DNA from: Narcine bancroftii
Taxonomy: Eukaryota
Assembly (NCBI RefSeq): GCF_036971445.1
Contig: NC_091480.1
Location: forward strand, 21,080,001 to 21,144,000
DNA length: 64,000 nt
Direction of reading: 5' to 3'
Below, piece by piece: positions 35,453-48,712 of the stretch (within the stretch, counting starts at the first letter, position 1; each line of letters opens with the position of its first letter). The notes under the pieces were generated by a model. The model worked only from the letters and a program-made list of their open reading frames with translations. It was not told where the DNA came from and made no database searches. Position numbers and translations under genes: made by a program.

Positions 35453-38007
35453 CTCTGGTCAGTGTTCTATGCAGCAAACAAAAGAAAAAAACCACACAGA
35501 AACTGAGTGAGTTGAACCATCCAAATGACTCTACTAGAACTTTCCAAGAGTTTATCAGTACCACTCGCATGATCCTTTGTGCCGCGCCCCCCTCCCCCCC
35601 CCCACCAAACAAGTGTCTGAGAGCGGGACAGTTTCCAGCCATCTAGTGAACCTGTCAACCATCATGAACAGGAACATGGTGGCTCTGGAAACTGGCAGAG
35701 TCTCGACGATGTCCACGAGGACGTGGTCAAATCGTCTGTGTGTTGGCGGGAAAGACTGAAGAGCGGCTTTCACATCCCTCTGCACCTTGGATGTCTGACA
35801 TAAGAGTTAGGCAAGAGCAGGCAACTTCTGGCCCAGTGGCTGACCATGTCACATGAATCTGTCTGCAATAAGCTGAGTTGTCACATGGTGGGACAACCCA
35901 CAAAGTGCATCAAAGATGTGATGCCTCCACGCAGCAAGAACAATGGGCCTAGGTTGGCCAGTGGAAATGTCACAGAGAAATGTCGTTTCGGATAGCCTGA
36001 AACGCATGACTTCCAGCTGTATCCCTGAGACTGCAGAGCAGTAGGCTGGTATCTAGCCTACCTGCCAATGGACTGCTGTGAGTGATGTTTAGTCAATTCC
36101 AGGGGACAGGGTGTTCACAGACAGGGCAGATGTATGGTACAGCACATCAGCGACAAGGTTGTTCTTGCCAGAAATGTGCTTGATAGCCGTCGTGTACTCT
36201 GAGATGTAAGAGAGGTGACGCTGCTATCTTGCTGACCACAGGACCGACACCTCGGTGAAGGCATAAGTGAGGGGCTTGTGATCGGTGAAGACCATAAAAA
36301 CCCGTCCTTCAAGGAAAAAGCGGAAATGGTGTACGGTGAGGTAGAGGGCCAGCAACTCCCTGTCGAATGCACTCTACTTCTGCTCCGGGGCTGCAGGTGT
36401 CTGCTGGAGAATGCATGTGGTCTCCAATGTCTATCAATCAGCTGCTCCACGTCGTTGCTGACGGCCATTTTGGATGCATCGACTGTGAGACTGGTGGGCA
36501 TATCAATGCACAGATGCACTCAAGAGGGTTATGGCCAGAGCGTATTGGGCCTGGTCAAAAGTTGCCAAAGATTCCACATCCCTGCTGAGTTCTTTAGACT
36601 GACCTTCAAAAGAGGTTGATTGATCCTGGCAGCTGATGGCAGGAACTGATGGTAGAAGTTGACCAGCCCAACAAACCTGGCTTCTAGAAAGGTGAAAGTC
36701 AGGAAAGTCCTAGAATTGACCAAATGGCACCATTTCAGGTCCACCAGGAGGCAGTGGGCTTGAATAAGTCTGCACCCAGTAGGGGCTGAGACATCTCAGC
36801 CAAAGTGAAGGTCCAGGTAAAATGGCAGGAGCCAAACTTGAGTGGGATGACCTGTACGTGTGTATGCTGCTATTATTGGCGATGATGAGGGATGGTCCTG
36901 ACTTTATGTCGTGGGTATCTCAGTTCAAGTGGGGCAAGACACTGACCTCTGCCCCTGTGTCTACGAGGAAACGCTGCCCTGAGTGACAGTCTCGGTGACC
37001 GACTGTCGTAGCTGCCAGTGACAGCCAGCCCTGGTGTTTCCTGGATGGGAGCAAGGTGGATGGCAGCAGTGGGCTCCAGAACCCCATTTCTAATGGTAGA
37101 AACACCACTGCTCAGAGTTTGAGTCTCCATCTGCTGTGGCTGTTGGTGGCCTCTTCGGTGGAGTGGGAGAGAGACAAGTTGCTGGGTGTGACACAGCAAC
37201 GAGGTCAACAGATGCCCCGCCATATTTGCTTGGTGTGCCACAAGACATCTGCAGGGGCTGCTAATCTGCTTGGGTCACTGAAGTCATCATCCACGAGGAG
37301 TAGGCAGATGTCTTCTGGCATCTGTTTGAGAAATATCTGCTCAAACAGTAATCCGGGCCTGTGGCTATCTATTAATGTCAGCTCATCATTCATAAGGGCA
37401 GATGGCATGCGGTCACCCAGGCTGTCCATCTGGATCATCTGTGACGTTCATACATGGCAGGAAAGGCCGAAGGTGTGGATAAGGAGCACCATAATTGCCT
37501 AATACCTTTTGGCTGCTGGAGGCTGATGGAAGAAGTCGGATTCATCCAGCAGCCTCCTGGTTGAGCAAACTGACCACGTAGTAACATCTTGTGGAGTCTG
37601 CGGTGATCTGCCTGAAACTGGGCTTCAGCCTGTTCGAACCAGACTAGTAGCTGTGAGGTACAAAAGGTCGGCAGCTTCAGCGAGACTGTGCGCCTGTGTC
37701 ATCCATCATGGGGTCCAAAATGCCATTTTAGACCGTTAGGGTCACCACTGTGGTCGGTGTGCTATGCAGCTTACAAAAGAAAAAAACCACACAGAAGCTG
37801 TGAATGAGTTGAATCAACCAATTGACTTTACTGGAACTCTCTGAAAGCTTATCAGCACCACTCCCATGATCCTTTATGCTGCTGCCCCCCTCCTCCCCGC
37901 CCCCCTCCTCCCCACCCCCCCCCCACATCAAACCAGGACCGTAGTGATGTCAGCCCAGTGCGAGCCTGGATCTCCATGACCTGGTTTGCTTGCAGATCAG
38001 TGTAGCC
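35453..38007 (-). mobile_element. Degenerate, internally deleted Gypsy LTR retrotransposon (CsRn1-like)
   Basis: 5' LTR ends CA at 37749, then PBS TGGTGACCC. gag: LKLPTF..WFEQAEAQF, SLGDRMPSALM, LFEQIFLKQMP. Protease: RFLVDTGAEVSVLP. RT end: FVGLVNFYHQFLP. RNase H: LTVDASKMAV. Integrase: RRFDHVLVDIV..MVDRFTRWLE. Truncated 3' LTR at 35453-35610 is homologous to 37749-37930. Confidence 0.85.
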
Positions 38008-39149
38008 TGCTAGAAAATCTTAATTTTTTTAAAATCTGTACTCCGTTCCATTTGCACAACATGGCTCCAAATCCTATTGTCCTTGTCCAACGGAAAATCA
38101 CCAATGATCAAATATTTATAAGCATTCATGCACAAGACAGCGTGAACAGATTTTCATGATGTTCACTCAATCTCTGTTGTTGTGTCCCACAACTTCAATT
38201 GTGGAATACATCCACATCACTGCATTGCTGCTGGGTCTTTTCCACATTCCATTGCTCCCTCCTTCTGGGCAGTGGGGCTGAATGGGAGAATGGAACAGAT
38301 CATAATTGGATGGCGGGGCAGACTTATGGCCTATTCCTGCTCCTGTGTCTTATGATCTCACTATTTCCTTGATCAGACAGACTGACACAAACAAAGTTCT
38401 CTTAAAGGAATATTACTGCCTCCCTGTGGTTCTGAAATAATTTGAGCACAGCTAAGCAGAAGGAGTCAAATGTATAAATAATGACTCTCCCTGAGAGAGA
38501 GGTCTCACACACACAATGACTCACTTGGATATAGTGCCACAGAAAAGATGTTGACCAAGATTCTCAGAGACACTGAGTATACTGTTCCACACGCTCAATC
38601 TCATTGGGTAAAAGAGATTGGACATTGGCACCACTCTCATGACTCCTCATTTCCCTCTGAGAATCCATTTGAACAACTCTGCCCAGCTATTTAATCCATT
38701 GATTTCTCTTTGTAATAAAGCTTAATAACTCAATAACCCATATATCCATGCACAGTGGACTACAGACTCTGCCCTCTATAGCGCATTGAAATAAAACATC
38801 TGCCTAAGGACATTTCTCTGCAATATATCTGAAACTGCAATATAGCAAGGAGTATCATATCGAGGTTCCATTGTGCTGTAATCTTTTAAATTACACCAGT
38901 AGTAACTTGTGGAATAAGGATGTTAGCTTTTCATTTCTCTTGGATATCATTCAAAAGACATTCACAATTTTCTCACAGTTCTTTATTCAGGTTGTCCTTC
39001 CCACATTGAGATGAAACATTTCTGATTTGTATTTGCCTCTTTGCACATCTAGAGTAAATCTAACAGCACATGATCGCAAAATGCTCTGCCATTCACAGCC
39101 TTTCCAATTAGTAAGGCTGTATCTCCAAAATAAATTTCTGTTTTAAATT

Positions 39150-39476
39150 TAGTCATGAGCAGAGCCACATGTCATTTCAGCCCATGAGTCTGCCCCGCCC
39201 ATTTTACGGCCCATTAACCTACACCCCCATTACATTGTTAACGTTGGGACAAAACCGGAGCCCCCAAAGGAAACCCATGCTGACAAGGGGAGAACATACA
39301 AACTCCTTACAGACTGCGAGGGATTCGAACCCAGGTCCAGACACGATCATTGGAGCTGTTAAGGCTGTTGGAGCCTTAACAGCTCCAATGATCGTGTCTG
39401 GACCTGGGTTCGAATCCCTCGCAGTCTGTAAGGAGTTTGTATGTTCTCTTGCCGTTATGCCAACTGTGCCGCCCCC
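39150..39476 (-). mobile_element. V-SINE (HE1-like) containing an internal perfect inverted duplication
   Basis: SINE core ggggagaacatacaaactccttacagac; the 5' end aactgtgccgccc lies at 39463-39475. Confidence 0.8.
39290..39448. repeat. Perfect inverted repeat, 77-bp arms, 5-nt loop
   Basis: 39290-39366 is the exact reverse complement of 39372-39448; loop gttgg. Confidence 0.95.
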
Positions 39477-40314
39477 AAAAAACTCCAATGGTATACATTA
39501 AATTACCCCAGTATGGAAAGATGATAAATATAAAAGATAATAAAACATACAGGGTTGCAGATGAATTTAAACACAATGCTGGAGAAACTGCTGATCAAAT
39601 GGTGTACTTAATATAACAAAAATAAAGATGTATAACCGATGTTTCAGGCTTGAGCCCTCCATCAAGGTATCATCTTCATCAATCTGTTTGACCAGTTAAG
39701 TTTCTCCAGCATTGTGTTTTTACTTCAACCACAGTGTCTGTAAACTTCTTTAAGTTAATTTGGGTGTAATTGGGCAGTCCTGATGTAAATGGTCAGAATT
39801 TGGCTTCTAATGTGTTGTAAATAAAACTTAAATATTCATAGTTACAGGAGTGTAGGAAAAAAAGAGTTTCAATAGTGCAGACAGGCCATTTTGTAGTGCC
39901 AGCATCGTTATGATAAGGGTAGTAAGGGGAAGTTCAACCTGGACTTCAGGTTTCTGTACAGTACTTTCTTCCTGAAGGCAGCAGTGAGAAGATGATGAGA
40001 ATGGTGAGGATCGTTCATCATGTTGTCTGTCTTCTTAAGGCAATGCCTCATAGATTCTTCAAAGGATGGGAGGTCAAAGCTGTTTTGTTTTTGGCTGCGA
40101 CCATCTGCAACCTTCAGCATTCCTGGGCACTTGAATTTATCAAATCTATTTACCTCTGTGTACAATCTATGTAATTCTCCAAAAATACATTGATTAATGT
40201 CACTCGCTATCCCTCAATTAATGTCATCTCCAGCACATCTTGTCTGACAAAACCTGAATTTATTTGCCACCCTAAAGCAGTTTATGCTGCAACTAATTTG
40301 ATTGTAGAGTCACT

Positions 40315-40369
40315 ACGTTGGCGGATGCCTAGTCCACGATGGCGGATGCCTAGTCCACGTTGGCGGATT
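40315..40369. repeat. 21-bp tandem repeat, ~2.6 copies
   Basis: acg(t/a)tggcggatgcctagtcc repeated. Confidence 0.85.
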
Positions 40370-41199
40370 TGCTCACCTGACAAGACATCAGTGAACCAGA
40401 TGTGTTCTTATCGTTAATTTTATGGAGTGTGTGTCTGTGTGTTCAGAAGGTTGCACATGTACACCTAACTGCCAACAGATGTAGGACATTCCTTTAGATT
40501 TCTTCATTTCTGCCTATTTATTAACATACAATTGTGATGTGCTGCAGTGCGAACAAACAAGCTTAAACTATGAAGGTTTTAATGAGCTTAAAACTTGCAC
40601 ACAAGGTTCAGTATCCCTTTTGGCTCCATGTGCTCTACTACTTACACGAGGGCTGGCATGAGCCTTTATATGGAGCCGGTGATTGACAGGGAGTAGGTGG
40701 AGCCACCCTCCCAAGTTGCCTCCCTGCGGGTACAGTGGTTGACCCCTGCAGTGGGCAGGTAGAAATACAGACAGGTGCAGGCAGTCACAGACAGTGGTTG
40801 TATCACCACATTCACCCCCTTCTTAAAGTGAGTTCTTGGTTGGGGGGGGGGAAGAAAAACCGAGTCCACCCTGTCTTCATGCTGAGTAGACTTTTTCAAC
40901 TGCTTTATTACATGAAGATCCACATCCATTTACATTTTTTTTAAAGCTCCACCACAGCTGTGCAATCTACACCATTGTTTTAATGCTTGCTCGTAAGAGC
41001 ACGAGAATTTCTAGGTTCACACATCAAAGTGAATGGCTTTTTTAAACATGGATGTATGAAATGAAATTGGTCTAGAGTACTCTTCTATGATGAATGTCAT
41101 TGCTAATTTTAAATCAGAGCAATAACATTTTACATTGTGACTGAATATGTTGTGTTTTATATTGTATATAGATATGATTTTTGGAGATAAATTGGGGAA

Positions 41200-42068
41200 G
41201 GTTTTTTTCATGTAGATCACATACAAATGTTTCAAAACAGATCTCATTTAAAATACTGGAGCTCCGAGAGCCTTTGCAAAACTGAAGCGTGCCCAAGGGA
41301 CTTCACTAATGGTTGTTGTTTTGAAAAGCAACAGCTGAAAGAACTCAAAGGATTAGGTTTGGAGCCACAGTCTGTCTGAGTGGAGGTTGCTGTTCTAAGA
41401 GGGTCATGAAGTTTTGCAAGCAGAGAGAGTAAAACAAGCTTTTCTCTGAAAGAGAGAGAGAATTCAGTTCAGCAGTAGCAGCTGGGACTGGAACAGGACA
41501 AGCTGGTAGCATGTGGGGAAAAAAAACCCATTTTGAAGACTGGTTGTGAGTGCTTAGTTCAGCCTGGTCAAAACCCTTGTGGTTCATGCAAGAGGAGAGG
41601 ACTGGCTGCCTAATGTTTCACTTGAAATAAGAGAAAATAAAAGGAACTCTGTGGTGACCTGAAAGAAAGAGGTTATCATCTGGAGTTTATTGTCCAGCGA
41701 ACAACAAATCTCTCTCTGAAAACCGACAAGAACCATTTAGCTTTCGAGCACCAAAGCTTGGTGAAATTCATTAATATTAAATTCTGTGCACAGTCTAAGA
41801 ATTGCCTGCAACCAGTGAACTTGAAGGAGTGAGAAGTGAGATTGGACTGTGAATCAAATAACTTTTCTAAACTTACACTGCATTACAAATATGTGCCCTT
41901 AGAATTAGAAGGGGGTTAAGGTAGGTTAGTTAAGTTAATAGTAATACATTTAAAGTTTGATCCTGTTTTCATGTTGAAAGATAATTAAAAGCAACGTTTG
42001 TTTAAGTAACCATTTGCCTTGGTGAATATCTACAGCTGCTGGGTTTTAGAGTCCTCTGGGCTTGTAAC
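41200..42068 (+). mobile_element. Solo-LTR-like repeat
   Basis: Homologous to 2100-2838; ends TGTAACA. Left boundary uncertain. Confidence 0.55.
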
Positions 42069-44459
42069 ACAATCAACAATATTTATAAAATGTACCCTAT
42101 ATGTACTTTGTATAATAAAAGACAATTATAAAGTAAAATAAAACAAAATACTGGCGAAAATTCAGCTGGTCAGGCAGCATCTGTAGAGATGAAGAAATGG
42201 TTGCCATTTCAGGTGGAAACTCTGCATCCGAGTTGGACAGTTTGCTTTATATTGCTCCAAATTGAGCATCTACAGTCTCTTGTGTCTCCATTATAAAATT
42301 AAATCCTGGATCAGTTAGAAAAATGGGCAAAACAGATTCAAGAGATTAATTGTATGTGCTATCATTCACAGTGTTAGACGACATGGAAACAGACATTTAG
42401 GTCACATCCTTTTATTTTCCTGGTAGTTATCCAGTTTAGCAACTTGGTGTCTGTGTAGGTGTCAGGCAATTATCTTCAGGTGATCAGCAATTAACCCAAA
42501 TTGTCTGCTTACTTTAAAGAAACTAATGTAATTAGCACAAATAAACACCTTTTGGCCAATGTTAACAATTGTGATTTACCCCCCCCCCCAAAAAAAAACT
42601 AAAAGCTGTATTTAATAGGTGGAAGTTCATTTGAAGTTAACTGGAATGTACAAAGAACACGTGTTCCAGAGCCTTGTTTGCCAGAATGTATTCATAATTT
42701 CAAACATTATTGCTTCCTATTGTTTCGTGCCTGAATATTGTTCCATCATGTCCTGATTCTAGAACTTTTGAAAGGTGTACTTTTAAACTTATTTATTAAC
42801 AGATCCTTCTTGAGAATGCAGAGAGAAGCAGAGGAAATACTACAGGAATTAACTAGCTACTCATGTTATTCATGTTAGAAATTTACTTGCAAGTTTAAAT
42901 TTCCTCTTTTTTAAAAAAACAAATGGCTCAATACTTTCTTAGAAAAAATAGATGTTTTTCTTTTCATTTTTGTTGATTACAAGAGGCATCTTTGCATTCA
43001 AGCTTGCAAATCGTCACAGCAATTATGTCAATATGGAAGAAGTTAACATTGGAGGCAATTTTAGAATATACAACGAAAGAGTACATTTCAATAGAAGTAT
43101 TTGCTCAGAGTTTGACAAATGTGCATTTATGTGGCAAGTTTAGGAATAGAGGGTGAGGAAAGTTATGAAGATGAGTAAAGGCAACAAAGAAATTAGAGTA
43201 CAAATAGAAAAAAATGAAACTATGTTAATAGAAGGGACACGTGGTGGAGGATTGTCAATTGTTAATGTGGTTGAGCAAGATGATACATCAGAAGAAAGAT
43301 CAACATCTTGTCAATGGTTCCATCTGTTCCGGCAAATTTTTGTTGCAGTGGTCAAGTTTTTCTACCACTATTTTCAGGAGTCATATCCAGATTACTCAAA
43401 TACTGAATAATTTAGCTCTCAAGGTTTTCTGAAGGAACCAGGGAAAGTCCAAGATGCATTGGAAAAGATCACCACTGTTTCTCCAGTGCCAACACATAAA
43501 GTACCAGACAATCAAGTATTGAGAAATATCAATGAAGTTCCTTTGGTAGATCTAAAAAATACTAATGATGCACTTTGGAAAGATAATAGGAAATTTCCGA
43601 AGGTGTGCAAAGTTATTGGAATTAGGGGGAATCTATGATGTGGCGTGAGTTCTTCAATACAGTCCTTGAGTGACATTTTCATTAATGTTGAAAGTGATGT
43701 GGACCTGGGGCTGATTGCTAATGGAAGTCTTGATTGGCATATAACATTATGAGGAGATTAGATAGCATAAACGGAAGGAGATATTTCTCTTAGCTGGGGG
43801 ACAAAACCCAGGAATCGCACCGTTGTTTGCAAATTAATGGGTGTAAAGCTTAAAACCTTGTGTTTTTGATTCTTAGTTAATTTTGTGCCTGTATCTTTAA
43901 GAAAATGATTGTTTGTAGTGTTACCATAGTGATGATGATGTAATATGTAATAATATCCGCCCAGGCTAACGGCTTGCCTCTCATTCTACAAGATGTGAAG
44001 GAAGCTTGAGCACGAGAAATTTATCTTTGAATTTTTGTTTCTCCTTTAAGATTTTGCATCTCTAAGATTTTGTGTTTCTTTAAGCTAGTATCTCTACATA
44101 TCTTTGTATCATTATACAGTAAATGTTTTATTATTCACCATTATGAAAGTCTTAATGCAAAGCTATGCAAAATGTTTATCCGTTCTATCAACAAATTAAA
44201 ACTACATTAAGTAACAGCCATAGAATTTGATTGATTGGATTAAGGAGATCGAAATTTGGGATATCACAGCACATTCTTTGGAAGATGATACTCTGAAATT
44301 AGGATATATTAGAATAAGGAAGTGTCATCTATAATGGGTAAGGAATGAGTTAGGAGATAGAGTGGAGATCAAGAATCTGGTTTGTGGTCCCAGTCAACAA
44401 TCATGCTCTCAATTAGTGGAAGACGATCTCTTAAGTTCCTTATGTTTCTCCTGAAACAA

Positions 44460-45090
44460 GCATATTGAGGTTTTCACGAAGAAGGCACACCAATGCCTCT
44501 GTTTTCTAAGGAGATTTGGCATGTCATCAAATATCCTTTCAAACTTCAATGGGTTTACTGTGGAAAGTGTACTGACTGGTTTCATCATGGCCTGGAAACT
44601 TGAATGTCCAGGATTGCAGATAGTTGCAGAAAGTGGTAAACCTCACCAAGTCCATCATGGGCACCAACCTCCCAATTCAGTGAAAACATCTGCATGAGAA
44701 GCTGCCTCAAGAAGGCAGCCAGCATAATAAAGGACCCCCATCATCCTGGTCCCAATCTATTCTTGATACTCCCTTCAGGCAGAAGGTACAGAAGCCTGAA
44801 GTCCATTCCTTGAGGTTCAACAGGCAATAGCTCTTGAACCTCCTTGTACGATCCTTACCATAACCATTAACTACTGCAGGACTATCAAAGATCTGTATGC
44901 ACTATTGAAACATCACTTTTTCTTGTACTAACTGCAACTGTGAATATTTATTCTATTATCTCTTTTTCTGTCCTGATATGGTCATTGAATTTTTGCTATT
45001 GTAATTGGTCTATCTTGCATACTTGTTTTGATGGAGCAAGATACAACTTTGATGCATCTATACATACTTATGTATATGACAATAAACCAT
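44460..45090 (+). mobile_element. Rex1/Babar-like LINE 3' fragment
   Basis: gaagaaggcacaccaatgcctctgttttctaaggaga...gctgcctcaagaaggcagccagcataataaaggacccc...ggcagaaggtacagaagcctgaag. Confidence 0.65.
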
Positions 45091-45338
45091 TAATTGAAAG
45101 GTATGAATAGTGGATGAGGAAATATGTTTCCACTGAGAGTTGTAAGGATCTGAAATTCACTGTCAAAAGGCCATTAGACTCTCATCATATTTAAAATGTT
45201 GACATTTATTTGGAGAGCTGGGGCTACAGACCAACATTAACCGATACTGATGAACTTCAAATAAAATCTATTCCCAATCATAAAAGGTAAATAAGACAAA
45301 TCAATAGACAAATCTCTGATGGTGCAATGTGCTTTTAG

Positions 45339-45458
45339 CAGCTGTAGTGCAAAGACGTAAAAGTACTGGTGATCCAAAGCGATTGGCATTCTTGGCTGGT
45401 GTGAATTATTCACAGTTCAGAACACCAGAACAGGAAATAAGTGAAGAAAAGAGAGAAG
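45339..45458 (+). CDS. TMC5: TMC5 coding exon 4
   Basis: gcttttag|CAG (NAGNAG) ... GAAG|gtgagt; 120 nt, phase 1-1; AAVVQRRKSTGDPKRLAFLAGVNYSQFRTPEQEISEEKRE. Confidence 0.75.
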
Positions 45459-45598
45459 GTGAGTGAAATGAATTCAGTTAACATTCATTAAAAGACTTGC
45501 ATCAATTGTGTGCATATCATAACCTTGATTGATTAGTGTTGAGCGGTGAAAGGAACCTGGAGAAAGGAAAGAAATAATCTTTATTTGGTTGTATCCAG

Positions 45599-45701
45599 AG
45601 AAGAGAGAACTTGTGGCTGAACTAGTTGCCTTATCGCCCAGTGAAAGGGCAAAGGCCATCCAAGAACTGACGTTGAGCATGGATGAGAAACGAAAGATCA
45701 G
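45599..45701 (+). CDS. TMC5: TMC5 coding exon 5
   Basis: gtatccag|AG ... ATCAG|gtacaa; EKRELVAELVALSPSERAKAIQELTLSMDEKRKIR, the TMC5/6-type M.EKR..R motif. Confidence 0.88.
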
Positions 45702-47214
45702 GTACAAATCCTTCAATGTCTTTTTTAAATACAACAATATTTTGATTCTATGAAATCCAATAAATTTTCTGTAAACGTAAATTTTTAGAGGTTTATTTTT
45801 TCATTGCCTCAGTTGTCAACAATTTTTAAATTTAAGAATAGAACAGGTGTCTTGTCATGCAGCAAGAGAGATGCCTGCTAGTGATGTACCTACTGTTTAA
45901 AGTGTAATATTAGGGGTTTACAAATTGGATTATAACATTAGTTTAACTGCCAATTTGGCAAGTTATCTAGCTGTGTACAGGACAATTGGTGGGTAGAATT
46001 TTTAAAAAACTCGCAGGTAGGCAAACCACCTTGGAGGTGAATTGTCCACCTGTGTACACGCACCATGTAGCTGCTGGTGTTCAATTTGTAAGTGATTGAT
46101 GGCTGCCTGGGTAGAAAATTACATTAGCGCTTGCGTGGAATGGCTATTTTCCTTACCCATAAACCCCACGCCACTGGAACGCCGGAGGGATTATGGATAA
46201 GAAGGACAACTATTGCTCCTACCCCAACTCCATTCCCTGCCCACCCACTCTGCTCCCTGCCAGCCTGGCAGCGTTTGCCCGCCAGAGCAACAGCATTCTT
46301 CCCTGACACCCACTGCATTGTCCCCCAACCCTGACAGCATTCTCCTCCTGCCCCAACTCCACATTTCTTCCCCCCCCCCTACCCTGACAGCGTTTTGACT
46401 CTACATTCGCTCTGGTCCCAACAGCACCCTCCGTCCTGCCCTGATTCTGCGCCCATCCCGGCCACTTACCTTGTGGAGGCCAACACAGGGAACAGGGGAT
46501 TCCTTGAGGGGCCTCAGGCAACACGGTGAGTGGATGACACATCACTCACAGTGTCACCGAAGGAGCGGGAACACCCTTAAATTGCCTAGTTGCCGTTTAA
46601 CTGGGCAATTTAGGGTCCAGTCTGTAAGGGGCTGAAGGGGCCTGCTTACACGGTTAGGATACATGGGTCCCGAGCAGCCCCAGTTTGTAGATTAATGGAT
46701 CATTGTCACTCCACTGAACACTGAAACATTTACTAGTTTTTTTTCTCTCATCTACAGCCAGCAGGATTAGCTTTAATCTCTTTCAGTGATTCGTTTGAGC
46801 AATACAGGAGCATTATCAGTATCTTTAAACATGCACAATTGAATGCGAGATATTTTTAGGTCATTGGAGTTGCCTACTTTGGTACTGGAACCACAGCTAC
46901 CGATTTTTTTTTAATATAAAGTAATTGACAGCTGGGGACTTATCTTGGAAGGAGAAGTTGTTGGCCAACTGTGATAGTTATAACAACTCTAGGAAAATCT
47001 TTTATTCTTCAAACTAGCATATCTCAGCTAGTGGAGAGGTGGCCTGTGAATAATCGTCCCGCAGATAATTGTGTTAAAGTTAAGCAAATGATGGTGCTCA
47101 TTTGTGCACCTTGATCCCACAGAAAGACTGTAACCATCTATGACAAATCATAGAACAAACGATGAGATGCCGGAAGAATTCAACAGGTCAGGCAGCATCC
47201 ATGGGTAGAAATAG

Positions 47215-47470
47215 GACAGCATGGTTGGTGTAGCAGTTAGCGCAATGCCTTTATACCAGCGATCAGGACCGGACCTGGGTTCAAAACCCCTGATGTCTGT
47301 AAGGAGTTTATGTTCTCACCGTGTCTGTGTGGGTTTTCTCCTGGGGCTCTGGTTTTTCTCCACCCTTCAAAAAAAGTACCAGGGTGTAGGTGGATGGGGT
47401 GTGATTTGGGCAGCGTGGACACATAGGGCCGAATTGGCCTGTTACAGTGCTCTATGTCTACTTTAAAAAA
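47215..47470 (+). mobile_element. V-SINE (HE1-like)
   Basis: ggacagcatggttggtgtagcagttagcgcaatg...cctgggttcaaaacc...gtctgtaaggagttt. Confidence 0.75.
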
Positions 47471-48621
47471 ATTAAATCAGTCAAGGCTTCAGGTTGGGAT
47501 TTTGCATTGAAACTAGTCTCATTGTCCAGCATCTCATTGTTCGCTCAAGATTCCAACATCTTCAGTTTTTGCTCTACTAAAAATAGTTTCTGCTTTGGCT
47601 CCAAGGTGACCATAATTATAAAAAGAAAGTGGTAGTTACAGTATGGGATTGAATGCAATGTGACATTTTTATTTACATTTTGTTGAACATTGGTTAGACT
47701 CCAGTTTGTGTTCTAGGAACAAGTCTGGCCTCTGTATAATTAAAAAGGGAGAAATTTGTCCTGGATGGAGGGAGCCAAACCTGTATTAAAAACATTGGTT
47801 GCAAGCTTTACTCCTCTCCTGACCTTTGGTTCCAATTTTTGGGAGGGTCAAACTGAATGAAACAACAAAAAAACTTGTTTTCTCTCATTCTCAATTCTAA
47901 TGATGAGTATTCAGACCTGAACAATGTCTTTTTTTTTAAACCACGTCAACAAATCTTTTCATTTTCCCCTTTGTCTTTGACAAGTTTCCCTGTAAAATCC
48001 AACTCATCTTGACATCTCAATCATTCTCTGTAGTAGCACATTCCATGTTCTAACCACCAACAGAATAAGATGGTTCTCCTGACTTCCTTAGTGGATTAAC
48101 TCATGAGAGTCTTGCATTTAGAACCCTGACATTCTTCTCACAAAGTGGAAGTATCCCCTCCAAAATTCAGGATATTAAATAATTTGGTAATCTTAGAAAT
48201 TGTGAATATTTTCATTGATGATAGATCCCAGAAGATGAAATCTTCAGATTACAAAAGGAATTGACAAAAAGGCACCTTCTGAACAAATATCTTATAGATA
48301 AGATAGAAATGTGAACCTTCAAGCATCACTTCATTAATGGATGTTGTGGGTAAACAATTCACAGTTTGAACTGAGTGAAGTCTATAACTGGCATCAGGAA
48401 GAATTTCTTTAAATACATTTGATATTTTTTTTCTGCCAAGATGTTGGAGAGCCGATGATAGGTCTAGAATATGTAAATACTGCTCTGTGGATGAATACAG
48501 TAAGATGAGTCTTCTCTCCAGCCAAGAACTCCAAATATTGAATTTTGTTTAATACACTTAATATAAAATGCTTATTTTATAATTACAATCTAAATTATTC
48601 ATTTTGCCTGTTTCTTATCAG

Positions 48622-48712
48622 GGAACGGGTACATCTGGAGATAGGGCCAAAGTCAATGGAAGCAGGTTATAAGATAAATAGCTGCACCCAGCTTCTGAAT
48701 AAAATATCATCT
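48622..48712 (+). CDS. TMC5: TMC5 coding exon 6
   Basis: tttcttatcag|G ... TCT|gtaagt; 91 nt, phase 2 to 0; ERVHLEIGPKSMEAGYKINSCTQLLNKISS. Confidence 0.82.

Noticed and set aside
42803-42880. Additional TMC5 coding exon at acceptor 42802
   Set aside because: In the required phase 1 it reads D-P-S-stop, and exons 3 and 4 already join in frame.
45960-46680. GC-richer segment with 60-108-aa ORFs
   Set aside because: It looks like the interior of a non-autonomous DNA element, but I could not define termini or a protein family. The ORFs lack motifs and splice support.
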